In this document: piece after piece, positions 1 to 12,624 of the stretch
How the letters are laid out: every line of letters begins with the position of its first letter
Numbering within the stretch: the stretch's first letter is position 1
DNA from: Nitrospirota bacterium
Lineage (GTDB): Bacteria > Nitrospirota > UBA9217
Length of the DNA: 64,000 nucleotides
Assembly (NCBI GenBank): GCA_963796285.1
Contig: CAWCKW010000012.1
Span: 1,184,001-1,248,000, forward strand
Reading direction: 5' to 3'
The notes under the pieces: model-generated
What the model saw: only the letters and a program-made list of their open reading frames with translations
The model's database searches: none
Told to the model about the DNA's origin: nothing
Position numbers and translations under genes: made by a program

Positions 1-914
1 CCCGTTTGCCGAGATAATAAAGCGATACGCCGGTGCGGTACAGGGCGTCAGGACGGTCCGGCGAGTTCGGTTCTTTCTCCAGGAACTTTGTGAACGTCTC
101 AACTGCACTTTCATGCAGGCTGGCATGGAAAAGGTTCCTGCCGCGCTCGTACAGTTCAGCTGGGGCGAGTTCGGGGATTTCCACGCCGCTTCCCTTGAAC
201 AAGGTCAGCGCCGCTTCAACTTCCCGGTCATTCGGTTGACCGGGATACCTGACCCAGACGTCCTGGTAGGCACGCACAGCTTGAGCAAGATCAGCTTCCG
301 CTGTCAGCGCGCGTCCGAGTCCGAGACCGGCGGCGGGAGCAAACTCGGAACGCGGGTTGTCCTTCAGGAACGAAGCATACGCCTCTGCCGCCTGCCGGTA
401 TGCATAGGATTCGAAGAGGGCCTGAGCACGCTTAAATGCGGCGCGCACGATAAGGGAGCTCCGTGGATATTTCTCGATCACCTGCTCGTACAGGCGCGGC
501 TGCCTCGGAATACCGGGACTGTGTAATGTGATAGTCAGCCATCAGAAAGACAGCGTAGTCGGCAAGCTCCGGATATTCCGCCTGCACCCGGAGCATGGCC
601 TCGGCCGCCTCGGAGCTCCGGTCAAGCTGGATGAGCGCCTGCTCGGTCAGGAACAATGTGCGTTTGTACCAGGGAGTGTTCGGATAGAGGTCCAAGGTCC
701 GGCGGGCAATGACAAGTGTATTCTCGGCGTTTCCTGCTCGAAATGCAGCTCGTGCGGCCTTGAAACCTTGTTCAGCATCGGTATCTGGATTGCCGGTTCC
801 CTCCGATCGAAGAGACTGAGCGTCCGGGACAACGGGTGGGAGCGTCTTTTCACCAACACAAGCTGAAAGGATCAGAAGCACGGAAAATGACGCGATGTGT
901 ATTGAATAATTCAT
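1..914 (-). CDS. TPR-repeat lipoprotein (possibly the N-terminal part of a soluble lytic transglycosylase); runs off the window edge, frameshift near 490
   Basis: Lipobox-like LSAC. TPR-like helices continue in a second frame after ~490 (LYEQVIEKYPRSS...AYQDVWVRYP...DALYRTG) to the window start. Confidence 0.65.
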
Positions 915-1034
915 GTTTAGTCGAGGATAAAATAGAAGCGTATCGCATTAATCCACATAGTATAATATAGTCCCGTGATGTACAAGTCAATAGAAGTTAT
1001 GCTTGAGCCGGTAGATGATAACTTGCTGATAACG

Positions 1035-1730
1035 TTAGCTATGAAGAAGGAAGCGGGGCAATTGTTCCAAAGCGGTCTTGAGGCGCAGGATAAAACGTTC
1101 GTCAGGAGAGGTGATTGCGTCGGCATTCTCGGATGCAGGAACAGGCGGAGTGTCAGGACTGTAAACGAACATGTGGAACGCAACTGACGTCACTGGTTTA
1201 TCGGGCAGCGGCAGCAGTTCGATTTCATTCACGAACTCGATCCATCGGTCCGCCATCCGGATTTGCCGGGCAACATCCTGGGTCTTCAAATAATCGCCTA
1301 CTGTTCTTGCAGGCAGTGGCGCGAGACCGTGACAGATATTCCGTCCCGGCAGGACGAACCTGGACTGCATGCCGTCATACACGCGACCGATCGGAAAGAG
1401 CCTGCACGCCAGCGGCCGGGCCTTATAAATGCGGCACCCTTTCTCCGTCCAGAAGTGGCAGACAGGGTTTCGTGGCAGCATGACCAGAGGAAATCCGTTT
1501 GCCCGGTCCGTATCGACGAAATCGAGCAGGTCCTCATAGCTCATGGCGCTTTCGCGGCAAATGAGCGCGATCTCGTAGGGATTGAGGACGATAGGGGCGC
1601 TCGCCTTGCAGCAATTCGATTCGCAGCCGCTTAAACCGCACGACAACTGCAGCAGATCGGTTTCCTCAAGCACTGCCGCATCTGAGCCGGCGATCTTAAT
1701 GACAGGTGATGGATTGGTTGACATCTGCAT
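1035..1730 (-). CDS. YkgJ-family (CxxCxxCC) Zn/Fe-chelating cysteine cluster protein
   Basis: CGLSGCESNCC, CHFWTEKGCRIYKARPLACRLFP and CHGL motifs. Confidence 0.85.
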   Translation of the reverse strand: MQMSTNPSPVIKIAGSDAAVLEETDLLQLSCGLSGCESNCCKASAPIVLNPYEIALICRESAMSYEDLLDFVDTDRANGFPLVMLPRNPVCHFWTEKGCRIYKARPLACRLFPIGRVYDGMQSRFVLPGRNICHGLAPLPARTVGDYLKTQDVARQIRMADRWIEFVNEIELLPLPDKPVTSVAFHMFVYSPDTPPVPASENADAITSPDERFILRLKTALEQLPRFLLHS

Positions 1731-1865
1731 TGTTAGAACGGAAGGAAGTTAAGAAGGTGTAAAGGCAGGACAGGAATATAATAAAAAACGGTACCTGCAT
1801 GCCTTCTCACCCTCTACCCGTCCTGACCTCTTACTTTCTTAGTCTTCTCAACTTCCTGTTTCCGT

Positions 1866-2771
1866 TCACTTCGAGATCAGCCTTCCGCCCGTCTTTGCCT
1901 GCCACACGACCAGGATGGGGCTGGCGACGAATATCGACGAATAGGTCCCAACGATCACGCCCAACAGAAGCGCGATCGAGAAGTCGTGCAGCACTTCTCC
2001 GCCGAACAGGACAAGCGGAATGAGCACGATGACCACCGTGAGCGAGGTAATGATGGTACGGGACAGCACTTCGTTGATGCTGTTGTTCACCAGCTGAGGC
2101 AGCGTATCTTTCTTATTGCGCTTCAGATTTTCCCTGATCCGGTCGAAGACCACCACCGTGTCCGTGAGCGAATAGCCCGCAAGCGTGAGCAATGCCGTGA
2201 CGATCAGCAGGTTGATCTCCCAATTCATTGCGAAGAAGATACCCAGCACGGCAAGAACATCGTGAATGGTCGCAATGGCGGCCGCCACGCCGAACTTGAA
2301 CTCGAACCGGAACGCGATATAGATAATGATCGCGATCATCGAGACCGTGATGGCCACGAGCGCGTCGCGCTGGACTGCCTTGCCGATCACCGGCCCGATT
2401 TCCGTGATGCTGTCCACCTCAAAGGCATTGTTCGGGAGTTCCTGTTTGAATAGATTCTGGACCTTGTCCGACGTGCCTTCGGACTCCCGGAGCCTGATCA
2501 ATATCTTGTTTCCTTCACCAACCTGCTGGACCGAAGCACCCTGGAACCCGCTCTTATCGAGCGCGGTGCGCGCCTTTTCGACGGAAACCGGTTCCTTGAA
2601 ACTGAGCTGCATCGTGGTGCCGCCCACGAAATCAATGCCGAGATTTGCTTTGCCGCGACCGACCTGGATCAGACCAACGATGCCGAGTGCTATCAGCAGT
2701 CCGGAAATCGTGAACGAGATGTTCTTCCAACCCATGAAATTGATATTTGTCTTGTGCAATATTTGAAGCAT
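1866..2771 (-). CDS. secF: Protein translocase subunit SecF
   Basis: LGIDFVGG, GYSLTDTVVVFDRIREN and GTYSSIFVA motifs; GGAGGG RBS before ATG 2771. Confidence 0.97.
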   Translation of the reverse strand: MLQILHKTNINFMGWKNISFTISGLLIALGIVGLIQVGRGKANLGIDFVGGTTMQLSFKEPVSVEKARTALDKSGFQGASVQQVGEGNKILIRLRESEGTSDKVQNLFKQELPNNAFEVDSITEIGPVIGKAVQRDALVAITVSMIAIIIYIAFRFEFKFGVAAAIATIHDVLAVLGIFFAMNWEINLLIVTALLTLAGYSLTDTVVVFDRIRENLKRNKKDTLPQLVNNSINEVLSRTIITSLTVVIVLIPLVLFGGEVLHDFSIALLLGVIVGTYSSIFVASPILVVWQAKTGGRLISK

Positions 2772-2859
2772 CGTACCCTCCAAAAAGGCATTAACCACAG
2801 AGGTCACCGAGTTAACCTTTCGCTCCCTCTGCGTTCTCTGTGGTAGATTTTACTGATAG

Positions 2860-4434
2860 TTATATACTCAGCTTCTCCAGCTTCCACTTCGCATTGACGA
2901 TATCGAAGATCACCTTGGTGCCCACGAGGGCTGAATACAGGTTGATGATGATGCCGAGGCTGAGCGTCACGGCAAACCCCTTGATGGCCCCCGTTCCGAA
3001 CAGGAACAGCGCTGCCGCTGTGATAAGCGTGGTCACGTGCGAGTCAAGGATCGTCAGGAACGCCTTGTCATACCCCGAGTCGACCGCAGGCCTCGGCTGT
3101 TTGCCCGCGCGGATCTCTTCGCGGATGCGCTCGAACATCAGCACGTTCGAGTCCACGCCCATGCCGATCGTAAGGATGATGCCCGCGATTCCCGGCAACG
3201 TAAGCGTGGCATTCAGGAGCGCCATGGCACCCAGGAGCAGCACCATGTTCAGGACCACGGCATAGTCCGCGATGAGCCCCGACATGCGGTAGTAAACGAC
3301 CATGAATACGAGGACGAACATTCCGCCGAACAGCGCCGCTTTCACGCCCTTGTCGATGGAATCCTGGCCAAGCGACGGTCCAACGGTCACGTTCTGCACG
3401 ATCCTCATGGGAGCGGGAAGTGATTCGCGCAGCACGATCGCGAGCTTCGCCGCTTCATCGTGCGTGAAGTTCCCGGTGATCTGCGCATTGCCGCCGCTGA
3501 TCCGGTCCTGGATCCGCGGTGCGGAGTGAACCACGCCGTCCAGCACGATGGCGAGCTGCTTGCCCACGTTCTCGCCGGTAACGCGGTCGAAGATCTTGGC
3601 GCCTTCACTGTCGAAGGAGATGGAGATCGCCGGCTTGTTGTACTGGTCGATCCCGACCTTTGCCTCTTTCAGCCGATCGCCCGTCAAGAGTGTCTGTTTG
3701 TACACGAGGTAAGGCCGCTTGATGACCTTCCCGCTCTCATCAACGTCCTCGCCGTACAGCACCTCGCTGTCCGCGGGGACCGTGCCTGCAATCGCCTTCT
3801 GCAGGTCGGCCGTGGTGTTCAGGAGCTTGAACTCCAGCCTGCCGGCGGTCTTGATGAACGCGATCGCTTCCTGCGGGTTCTTCACGCCTGGAAGCTGAAG
3901 CGCGATCTGGTCGTGTTCCTGTTTGTAGATGGCAGGCTCGGCCACGCCGTATTTGTCGACCCTGCGGCGGGTGCGTTCGAGCGCCTGGGTCACGGCCCAT
4001 TCCTTAAGGCGCCTGGCCTCGGCCGGCGTTCATGGCATACACCTGCTCGCCCTTTGCCCGGTCCTTGATCGTCGATGATCTTATAGCTGTCCTTGACGAG
4101 TTTCTCTACTTTCTCGGCAAGCGGCTCTTCGAACTTTGCGGTAATGTCCTGGCCCGTCCTGGTGAAGGTCACGGCGAGCTTCTCTGCGTGCTGCCGAGGT
4201 CTGCAGGTCGGCCACGATATTGTCCACGGACGACTCCACCGCCTTGGCAGTATCAACCTCCATCACCAGGTGGCTGCCCCCCCTGAGGTCGAGTCCCAGC
4301 GATATCTTGGGCACGCTCTGCCTCCACCAGTCCGGCAGGCCGGCCGATAACGGCGTCGACGGCACGAACAAAAACAGCGCGATCGCGACCGAAAGGGCGA
4401 TGAGCGCCAGTCTCCATTGAATGCTCTTCTTCAT
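2860..4434 (-). CDS. secD: Protein translocase subunit SecD (two apparent frameshifts, ~4200 and ~4000-4050)
   Basis: LGLDLRGG, VGPSLGQDSI, LTLPGIAGIILTIGMGVDSNV and FERIREE spread over three ORF-track frames. Confidence 0.95.
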
Positions 4435-4561
4435 TTACTTGCCTCCTAACATGCAAAACAGGGATGAGCCGCGAGTGACACGAATGTCACGTCTGAAAAC
4501 CCGGCATTGTTTTTCTCGGTGACCGCTGTGCTCTCTGCGGCAATACTAGTTAAGACTCAGC

Positions 4562-4897
4562 TTACTTCTTTTCGCCCTCGGGTTTCACGACATCCCCCAC
4601 CGAACCGCGGGTGATCTTCACCTTGACGCCTTCGGCGATCTTGACGGTGAGCGTATCGGGGTTCACCCCATCGACCGTTCCGTAGATGCCGCCGGCCGTG
4701 ACGATCTCGTCGCCCTTCTTGATCGCTTCCAGCATCTTTTTGTGTTCTTTCATCTTCTTCTGCTGGGGACGGATCATGATGAAATAGAAGATGGCGAATA
4801 TCACGACCATCATGATGATGCCCTGGTACCCGCCGCCTCCCTGGGCCGCCTGATCGCCTCCCGGTGCTCCCATTGCGTAAGCTGTAGCGATAAACAT
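4562..4897 (-). CDS. yajC: Preprotein translocase subunit YajC
   Basis: FYFIMIRPQQKK and KGDEIVTAGGIYGTV; GAGGAGG RBS; tgt-yajC-secDF synteny. Confidence 0.97.
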   Translation of the reverse strand: MFIATAYAMGAPGGDQAAQGGGGYQGIIMMVVIFAIFYFIMIRPQQKKMKEHKKMLEAIKKGDEIVTAGGIYGTVDGVNPDTLTVKIAEGVKVKITRGSVGDVVKPEGEKK

Positions 4898-5009
4898 GTG
4901 TACCTCCTCACAATTAAATTTAAAATTTAAAAATCCAAAATTCAAAAATTATCAAAAGCTAAAATCCAATAGAATAGTTGGACGTTGATCTTTGATATTT
5001 GAACTTCTG

Positions 5010-6128
<1,119 letters not shown>

Positions 6129-6240
6129 GATATTTCAGATATCAGGAGTCATGCGGATTCAGATGTCAGACAAAACCTAAACGTGAGTATTTCTTTTTCC
6201 AGTCCGCATTCCGCAAGTCCGTCACTCCGTCATCTGAGAT

Positions 6241-7905
6241 TCACATTCTCTCCGGCGCATTCACACCCAGTATCTTGAGCGCGCTCTGGATCACCGTCTT
6301 CACCTGTTTCATAAGGAACAACTTAACGGCCGTACGCTTAAGATCCTCGGTAATGACCCGGTGTTTGAAATAATAGTTATGCAGCAGACCGGCGAGGTCC
6401 TGCAGATAGAATGTCAGCCGGTGCGGTTCGTATGCCAGTGCGGCCTCTTCGATGACCTCGGGATACTTCGCGAGCGCCTTGATGATGTTCTGTTCTTCCG
6501 GGAGATCGAGAAGCGAAAGATCAACAGCATCGCTCTTCGGGACGTTGATGCTTCTGGTCTCGGCCTCGCGGAACAGGCTCGCGAGCCGGGCGTGAGCGTA
6601 CTGCACGTAGTACACCGGGTTCTCCCGCGACTGTTCCTTGGCGATATCGAGGTCAAAATCCAGATGGCTGTCGGACCGGCGGGTAAGAAAAATATACCGC
6701 GCCGCGTCGCTGCCCACATCCTGCACCACGTCCCGGAGCGTAACGAAGTTCCCCGCCCGCTTCGACATGGGCACGGGCTGGCCGTGGCGAAGGATCGAGA
6801 CGAGCTGGACCAGCAGCACATGGAGCGAATCCTTTGGATGGCCGAAGGCCTGGATCACGGCCTGCACGCGCGGGATATAGCCGTGGTGGTCCGCTCCCCA
6901 GATGTTCACGAGCGTTGTGAACCCGCGCGCCAGTTTGTTCCGGTGGTAGGCGATGTCCGTGGCCAGATAGGTGTAGCTCTTGTCCTTTTTCGTCACCACA
7001 CGGTCTTTATCGTCACCGAAGGTGGTTGAGCGCAACCACAAAGCGCCGTCCTGCTCATAACAGTTCCTGCTTTCCAGCAGTTCATCGATGGACCGCTGCA
7101 CGGAGCCGTCCTTGAGCAGCGCTGCTTCGCTGAACCAGGTGTCGAACCGAACGCCAAAGGCCTCGAGGTCCGTCCTGATGTCGGCAAGCATGGCCTCTTT
7201 GCCGAAGTCTCCGAACTGCTGAACGCATTCCTCAAAAGGCACGTTCAGATATTTATTTCCGTGGAGCTTGATGAATCCCTGGGCGATCTCCTCGATATAG
7301 CTGCCGTGGTAGCCGTCTTCGGGAAACGGCACGTCATTATCGAGCGACTGCTGATACCGCGCATAGACAGACTGGGCGAGGAGACGGATCTGCCTGCCTG
7401 CGTCGTTGATATAGAACTCCCGGGTGACATCGTACCCTACCGCGGCAAGCAGGTTCGCCAGGGCATCGCCGATCGCCGCGCCCCTGCCGTGCCCTACGTG
7501 CAGAGGTCCGGTCGGGTTCGCGCTCACGAATTCCACGAGCACCCGTTCGCCTTTGCCGATGTTCTTCAGACCGTAAGCGGGGCCTTCTGAATCTATTTCA
7601 AAGAGCGTCTTTTTCCAGCGGTCCTGCTTGAAGGTAAAATTGATGAACCCCGGACCCGCGATCTCGGTCTTCGCGAGGACCCCGTCCTCGTCCTGGATAT
7701 TGGCGACAATGATCTCAGCGATCTTACGGGGTGGCTTGGACTCCGGTTTCGCCAGGGTCAAGGCAAGCGTGGTGGCGAGGTCTCCGTGGTTCTTTTCCCT
7801 CGGGGTGTCGAGCGTGATTGCCGGCTGCGTTTCGAGCTTCAGTTCACCATTATCTTTGGCCCGGGTAAGGGCCTGGAGCAGGATTTCAGTCAGGGTTTGT
7901 TTCAT
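6241..7905 (-). CDS. argS: Arginine--tRNA ligase
   Basis: VEFVSANPTGPLHVGHGR, GADHHGY, MSKRAG and YVQYAHAR. Confidence 0.98.
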   Translation of the reverse strand: MKQTLTEILLQALTRAKDNGELKLETQPAITLDTPREKNHGDLATTLALTLAKPESKPPRKIAEIIVANIQDEDGVLAKTEIAGPGFINFTFKQDRWKKTLFEIDSEGPAYGLKNIGKGERVLVEFVSANPTGPLHVGHGRGAAIGDALANLLAAVGYDVTREFYINDAGRQIRLLAQSVYARYQQSLDNDVPFPEDGYHGSYIEEIAQGFIKLHGNKYLNVPFEECVQQFGDFGKEAMLADIRTDLEAFGVRFDTWFSEAALLKDGSVQRSIDELLESRNCYEQDGALWLRSTTFGDDKDRVVTKKDKSYTYLATDIAYHRNKLARGFTTLVNIWGADHHGYIPRVQAVIQAFGHPKDSLHVLLVQLVSILRHGQPVPMSKRAGNFVTLRDVVQDVGSDAARYIFLTRRSDSHLDFDLDIAKEQSRENPVYYVQYAHARLASLFREAETRSINVPKSDAVDLSLLDLPEEQNIIKALAKYPEVIEEAALAYEPHRLTFYLQDLAGLLHNYYFKHRVITEDLKRTAVKLFLMKQVKTVIQSALKILGVNAPERM

Positions 7906-8034
7906 CGATGGTCAACATTTTCCTCGCTGTTTACAAGTGTGAAAGTATATCGTATCTTCAAGAAAAGTCAATAAAATAATCCCTTTACTTAGCAAAATCG
8001 GTGTGGTATTTTATAATAAGAGGTGCGAACGTAC

Positions 8035-8490
8035 ATGTGGGTCCAGATGAACGTAAATACCATCCTTTTCGACAGCCGGAACAGCAGTTACATCGTCGTA
8101 CTGAAGGATGAAACAGGAAAAAAGATCCTGCCCATCTGGATCGGGGCCGCGGAGGGTAACTCCATAGCCTTGGCCATGAGCAATGTCAAACCTGCCCGTC
8201 CCCTCACCCATGACCTGATCACCAGCATCTTCGACCGCCTGGAGGTCGAGATCGCCCGCGTGGTCATCAGCGACCTGATCGACAATACGTTCTTCGCTTC
8301 GCTCTACCTTCTGCACAACAACAAGGAGTTCCATATCGATTCCCGTCCCAGCGACGCAATCGCCATCGCCATGCGGATCGGTGCGCCCGTTTTTGTGGAA
8401 GAGGACGTGATCGCCAAGCAGGACTCTTCTACGCTCGATACATGGATGAAGAACCTCGGCGAGAGCGGCGGTACCGAATTCAACGCATAA
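8035..8490 (+). CDS. Bifunctional nuclease family protein (DUF151)
   Basis: LPIWIG, RPLTHDL and IDSRPSDAIAIA. Confidence 0.92.
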   Translation: MWVQMNVNTILFDSRNSSYIVVLKDETGKKILPIWIGAAEGNSIALAMSNVKPARPLTHDLITSIFDRLEVEIARVVISDLIDNTFFASLYLLHNNKEFHIDSRPSDAIAIAMRIGAPVFVEEDVIAKQDSSTLDTWMKNLGESGGTEFNA

Positions 8491-8646
8491 TCGGTCAGAA
8501 TCGAAACTGATCTCTGACCGTTATTGGAAATTGATGATTGGAAATTTGAAAGTGGAAATTTTCAAACTTCGTGCCCTTTAAATCCGCATTCCACCTGTCC
8601 CGGCGTTTTCGCAAGAGCCGGGGCAAACCACATTCCGCAATTTAGA

Positions 8647-9246
8647 TCATATCCCCCACCTCGGCGACAGATCGTTCTCGACCCCCATGCTGTCCAGCAC
8701 CCGTCCCGCGATGAAGTCCACCATGTCCGAAATGTGTTTGGGATGATGATAGAACGCCGGCATGGCCGGGATAATATGGCACCCGACCTCGGCAAGGGTA
8801 AGCATGTTCCTGAGGTGGATGGCAGAGAGCGGCGTCTCGCGCGGCACAAGGACGAGCTTCCGTTTCTCCTTGATCATGACGTCCGCTGCGCGCTCTATGA
8901 GGTTCGAGGCGAAGCCGTTGGCAATGGACGCCAGTGTCTTCATGGAGCAGGGCACTACGACCATGGCGTCGATCTTGACCGACCCGCTCGCGATGGTCGC
9001 GTACATGTAATTCTCATCATAGTACGTGATCTGGCCTTCTTGGGCCTTGAAATGCTGTTCAAGCGCAAACTGGATGTCCGTTTCCGAGCCTTTGAGCTTG
9101 AGCTCCGTCTCATCGTTCAGGATGGACAGCCCTTCTCCGGAAATACATAGGTAGATAGTGTGGCCGTTTTTGATGAGCGTATTAAGCACCCGGTAGGCGT
9201 AGGGTGCTCCACTTGCGCCTGATATCGCTACGGTATAGGTTGACAT
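8647..9246 (-). CDS. ubiX: Flavin prenyltransferase UbiX
   Basis: VAISGASG, IASGS, PCSMKTLA, LVPRETPL and PAMPAFYH. Confidence 0.95.
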   Translation of the reverse strand: MSTYTVAISGASGAPYAYRVLNTLIKNGHTIYLCISGEGLSILNDETELKLKGSETDIQFALEQHFKAQEGQITYYDENYMYATIASGSVKIDAMVVVPCSMKTLASIANGFASNLIERAADVMIKEKRKLVLVPRETPLSAIHLRNMLTLAEVGCHIIPAMPAFYHHPKHISDMVDFIAGRVLDSMGVENDLSPRWGI

Positions 9247-9334
9247 GGTTTTGTCCTTTCTTTCGTTCTTTACTTCAATCATCCCGGTGTGTTTTTATCG
9301 GGACTCTGACCCTGTCCTCTCTGTTCCAAAAAAC

Positions 9335-9363
9335 GGATTCCCGATGAAACCTTCGGGAATGAC
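9335..9363. repeat. REP-like hairpin GGATTCCCG...CGGGAATGAC
   Basis: Palindrome resembling the element at 33638-33709. Confidence 0.55.
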
Positions 9364-9400
9364 CTGTTTTTGAAAAACTCGGATGGTTTATATTCTCATC

Positions 9401-10630
9401 TCAGTTACTGTTAATGACTTCCAGCCTCTTGACCGCAAGCATCGACAGCATTACGCTCGCCAGCATCGCCAGAGACGCTCCCATGCCGAAGGCCGCTGCT
9501 GCACCAAATTTCTGCCACACCAGGCCGAAGAGCAACGATGCCGGAAGCGCGCCGATCCCCACGATCAGATGGTAGAGACCGAAAGAGGAGCCTCGCAGAT
9601 GCACGGGGGCGAAATCAGCCACGAGCGCCTTTTCGACCCCTTCGGTAAGACCGAAATATATCCCGTAAACCGCGAAGAGCGCCCAGGCATGCCACTGCCG
9701 GTTTGCCAAACCGAAGGCGGCGTATACAAGAGCGTACACAATCCAGCCGGCTACGATCACCTTCTTCCGACCGATACGGTCGGAAAGAATACCGCCCGGA
9801 ACAGAAAAGCCCATCTTGACCACATGGAGCACGACCCAGATCATGGGCAGGAGCGTCACGGACACGCCCAGCCGTTGAGCGCGGAGAAGCAGAAACGCGT
9901 CCGTTGAATTACCGAGCGTGAAAACGAGGATGATCAGAAGATATTTCCGGAAACCCGCGGGCATCTCAGCCCAGGCAGACCGAATGTTGAACGACGCTGA
10001 CGCGGCACGCGGGACTTCAGCCGGTTTTTCCTTGAGGCCGAAGAGAAGCATGAGCACCGCAAGCAGGCCGGGAACGAACGAGAGCAGGAAAATGGTCTTG
10101 AGGTCGTCGTGATAGATAAGCAGCAGTCCGGTCGCGGCGAGCGGGCCGACGATGGCCCCGCTGTGGTCCATCGCTCGGTGAAATCCGTAGGCCTTGCCCC
10201 GGAACTCGGCGGGTGTTGAATCCGCGATGATCGCGTCGCGCGGTGACGTTCGAAGACCTTTGCCCACCCGGTCCAGGAACCGGAGCGTTAGTACATGCAG
10301 CCATGAAGTGGAGAAGGCGATGAGCGGCCGGATCACGTTTGATATTGAATAGCCCGCGATGATCCAGCCCTTGCGACGCTTGACCCGGTCCGACAGATAT
10401 CCGGAGTAGAGCTTGAGCAGCGAGGCAGTGGCCTCGGCAATCCCCTCGATGATCCCGAGCGCAGCGGGCCCCGCGCCCAGCACGGCAGTAAGGAAGACCG
10501 GCAAGAGCGGGTAGATCATTTCCGACGCTCCGTCATTCAGGAGACTGACGAATCCGAGGACAATGACGTTTCTGGTAAGGCCCTTGCGCCAGCCGGATGG
10601 AGTTGATCTCGTTTCAGTTATTGCAGCCAT
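9401..10630 (-). CDS. MFS transporter
   Basis: About 12 hydrophobic segments; motif A GYLSDRVKRRK and GILSDRIGRKK. Confidence 0.93.
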   Translation of the reverse strand: MAAITETRSTPSGWRKGLTRNVIVLGFVSLLNDGASEMIYPLLPVFLTAVLGAGPAALGIIEGIAEATASLLKLYSGYLSDRVKRRKGWIIAGYSISNVIRPLIAFSTSWLHVLTLRFLDRVGKGLRTSPRDAIIADSTPAEFRGKAYGFHRAMDHSGAIVGPLAATGLLLIYHDDLKTIFLLSFVPGLLAVLMLLFGLKEKPAEVPRAASASFNIRSAWAEMPAGFRKYLLIILVFTLGNSTDAFLLLRAQRLGVSVTLLPMIWVVLHVVKMGFSVPGGILSDRIGRKKVIVAGWIVYALVYAAFGLANRQWHAWALFAVYGIYFGLTEGVEKALVADFAPVHLRGSSFGLYHLIVGIGALPASLLFGLVWQKFGAAAAFGMGASLAMLASVMLSMLAVKRLEVINSN

Positions 10631-10827
10631 AGTGAATGCTGACTTTACCTGATTTGAGTTTTTTTTTCAATAACCATGTTCGTCCTGGAGTACAACCAGG
10701 CATAGGAGGGCTGTCAAAGGCCATGCATCGTCATAATAAATCTTGCTTCTTTTATAAGTTGCTATAAACTAAAAAAGAATAATGGGTTCTCAACCATTCT
10801 ATTCTACTGATTGGGAGGAATACTGAA

Positions 10828-11277
10828 ATGCCGGAAGTAGTGCTGGTTTCCAATGTTGAGAATATGGACAAGCTCAAAGCTTATCTGCTGGATTCGTTCA
10901 AAAAAGCGCGGTATTCGGAGGTCACCCAGGCCATCGGGATGCACTCCCTTCTTATCGATCCTCAGCATACCATGAAAGACCAGGCCGGTCTGTATCATGG
11001 CATGTTGGACATGTTGAAAGAAAAGATCAGGAACATGAAAGGCAAGAATTACGGCGCCTGGTACTCAAGCTTCCCGAAGCTCATGGACGAACTGGTGTCA
11101 TCTGGCCAGGTGGTGATCGACAAGGCATCGCTCGACGTTATAGCCTCTCATCAAGAGGCGTACGGGTCCTTCAAGTCTGTTGACGATTTTTTCATCTGGG
11201 CCCTCGATGACCGGCGGCTGACCCTGGAGCAGATCGTTAAATATATTGAGAAGACCGCTGAGATGCGCGGGAAATAA
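10828..11277 (+). CDS. Hypothetical protein
   Basis: 149-aa ORF with GGGAGG RBS, filling an intergenic gap with host-like codon usage. Confidence 0.7.
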   Translation: MPEVVLVSNVENMDKLKAYLLDSFKKARYSEVTQAIGMHSLLIDPQHTMKDQAGLYHGMLDMLKEKIRNMKGKNYGAWYSSFPKLMDELVSSGQVVIDKASLDVIASHQEAYGSFKSVDDFFIWALDDRRLTLEQIVKYIEKTAEMRGK

Positions 11278-11383
11278 ACGCTGATCCCAAAAACCAAATC
11301 ACGAATCATCACCAATAGTCACGCACCAGGTTCCAAACGACCGGATATTGTTATATTGGTGATTGGATAGTATTTGGGATCTG

Positions 11384-12425
11384 TTATTTGAGATTTGAAA
11401 TTTGTCTCATCACTGCTTCGACCGTAATCCCCTCCATGCAGCGGACCCCGATCTCGCAGGTTCTCTTGAAACACGGAGAGCAGGCTATGCCTGTGCGTAC
11501 GACGATATGCGACGGCCCGTAAGGACCGGTCCTCCACGGCGCGGTCGGGCCGAACAGCGCCAGGACCTTTGCCCCCGCCGCTGCCGCAAGGTGCATGGGG
11601 CCCGTATCAGTGGTAATAAAGAGGGCGGACAGAGACGCGAGCGCGGCCAGTTCCTTGAGCGTGGTCTCCCCTGCCCAGTTCACCGCCGTTTCGCTTCATC
11701 ATTGAAATGATCCGCTCATTGACTGCGCGGTCCGCGGGACTCCCCGTAAAAATGACCACGGCTTTTTTCTCTTTCACCAGCCGGTCTGCCAGATCGGCAA
11801 AATTCTGTTCCAGCCATAGTTTGGTCTTCCATCGCGCTACAGGATTCACGACTACGAGCGGCCGTCCCTGCAAATGCATGCCGTCGATCTTCCTTCTGAT
11901 CGCGGAAACTTCACGCTCGATCGGAAGTGTGCATGAAGAAGACGGTTCATTCGCTCCGAGATGGCGGGCCACATCGAGATACCGATCAAGCGCGTGTTTC
12001 TCGATATCGTACGCCGGCAAACGCTCGTTCAAAAACAGATAGGAAAGCTCTCGCGTCTTGTCAAAACCGATCTTGCGCCCTGCGTGGGCAAGACCAATGA
12101 GCATGCCGCTCTTTGAGAGCCCCTGAAAGTCGATGGCGATGTCGTAGCGTTCGCTCCGAAGGTCTCTGATGAACCGGGTGATGCCCCTGACCCCCTTTGC
12201 CGCCTTCAACGGGTTCCGAAGCATCCCGAGCCATGCTCGTCTGCGCGAAACCAGCAGACGATCGATAAGCGGATGACCTTCGAGGATGCCTGCCGCGGCC
12301 TCTTCAACCACCCACGTGATCTCGCTGTCAGGATAGAGTTTTTTGATCGCCTCGAGCGCCGGCAGCGTCTGCACCACATCGCCGATGGCGGAGAGTTTTA
12401 TAATAAGTATTTTCATAGCCTTCAT
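11384..12425 (-). CDS. Glycosyltransferase family 9, LPS heptosyltransferase (WaaC/WaaF-like; frameshift ~11690)
   Basis: KILIIKLSAIGDVV, DFQGLSKS, TDTGPMHLAAA and ALFGPT. Confidence 0.9.
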
Positions 12426-12547
12426 GTGGCGACAATCATAATCCATCCTATTGATACAGTCAACCACGAAACGATCAAGATCATTGAAATACTACAGGTC
12501 GCCGCGAATATGACTCACCATCAACACAAGACGTTCGGAGCGCGCAT

Positions 12548-12590
12548 AAAAAAAGAAGCAACCTCTCATCAATGAGAGATTGCTTCTTTA
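12548..12590 (-). terminator. Rho-independent terminator downstream of the FadL-like gene
   Basis: AAAGAAGCAA-CCTCTCAT/TGAGAG-ATTGCTTCTTT hairpin with a T-tract on the minus strand. Confidence 0.75.
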
Positions 12591-12624
12591 TGTCTGGATC
12601 AGATGAATCAAAAACAGGAATACG

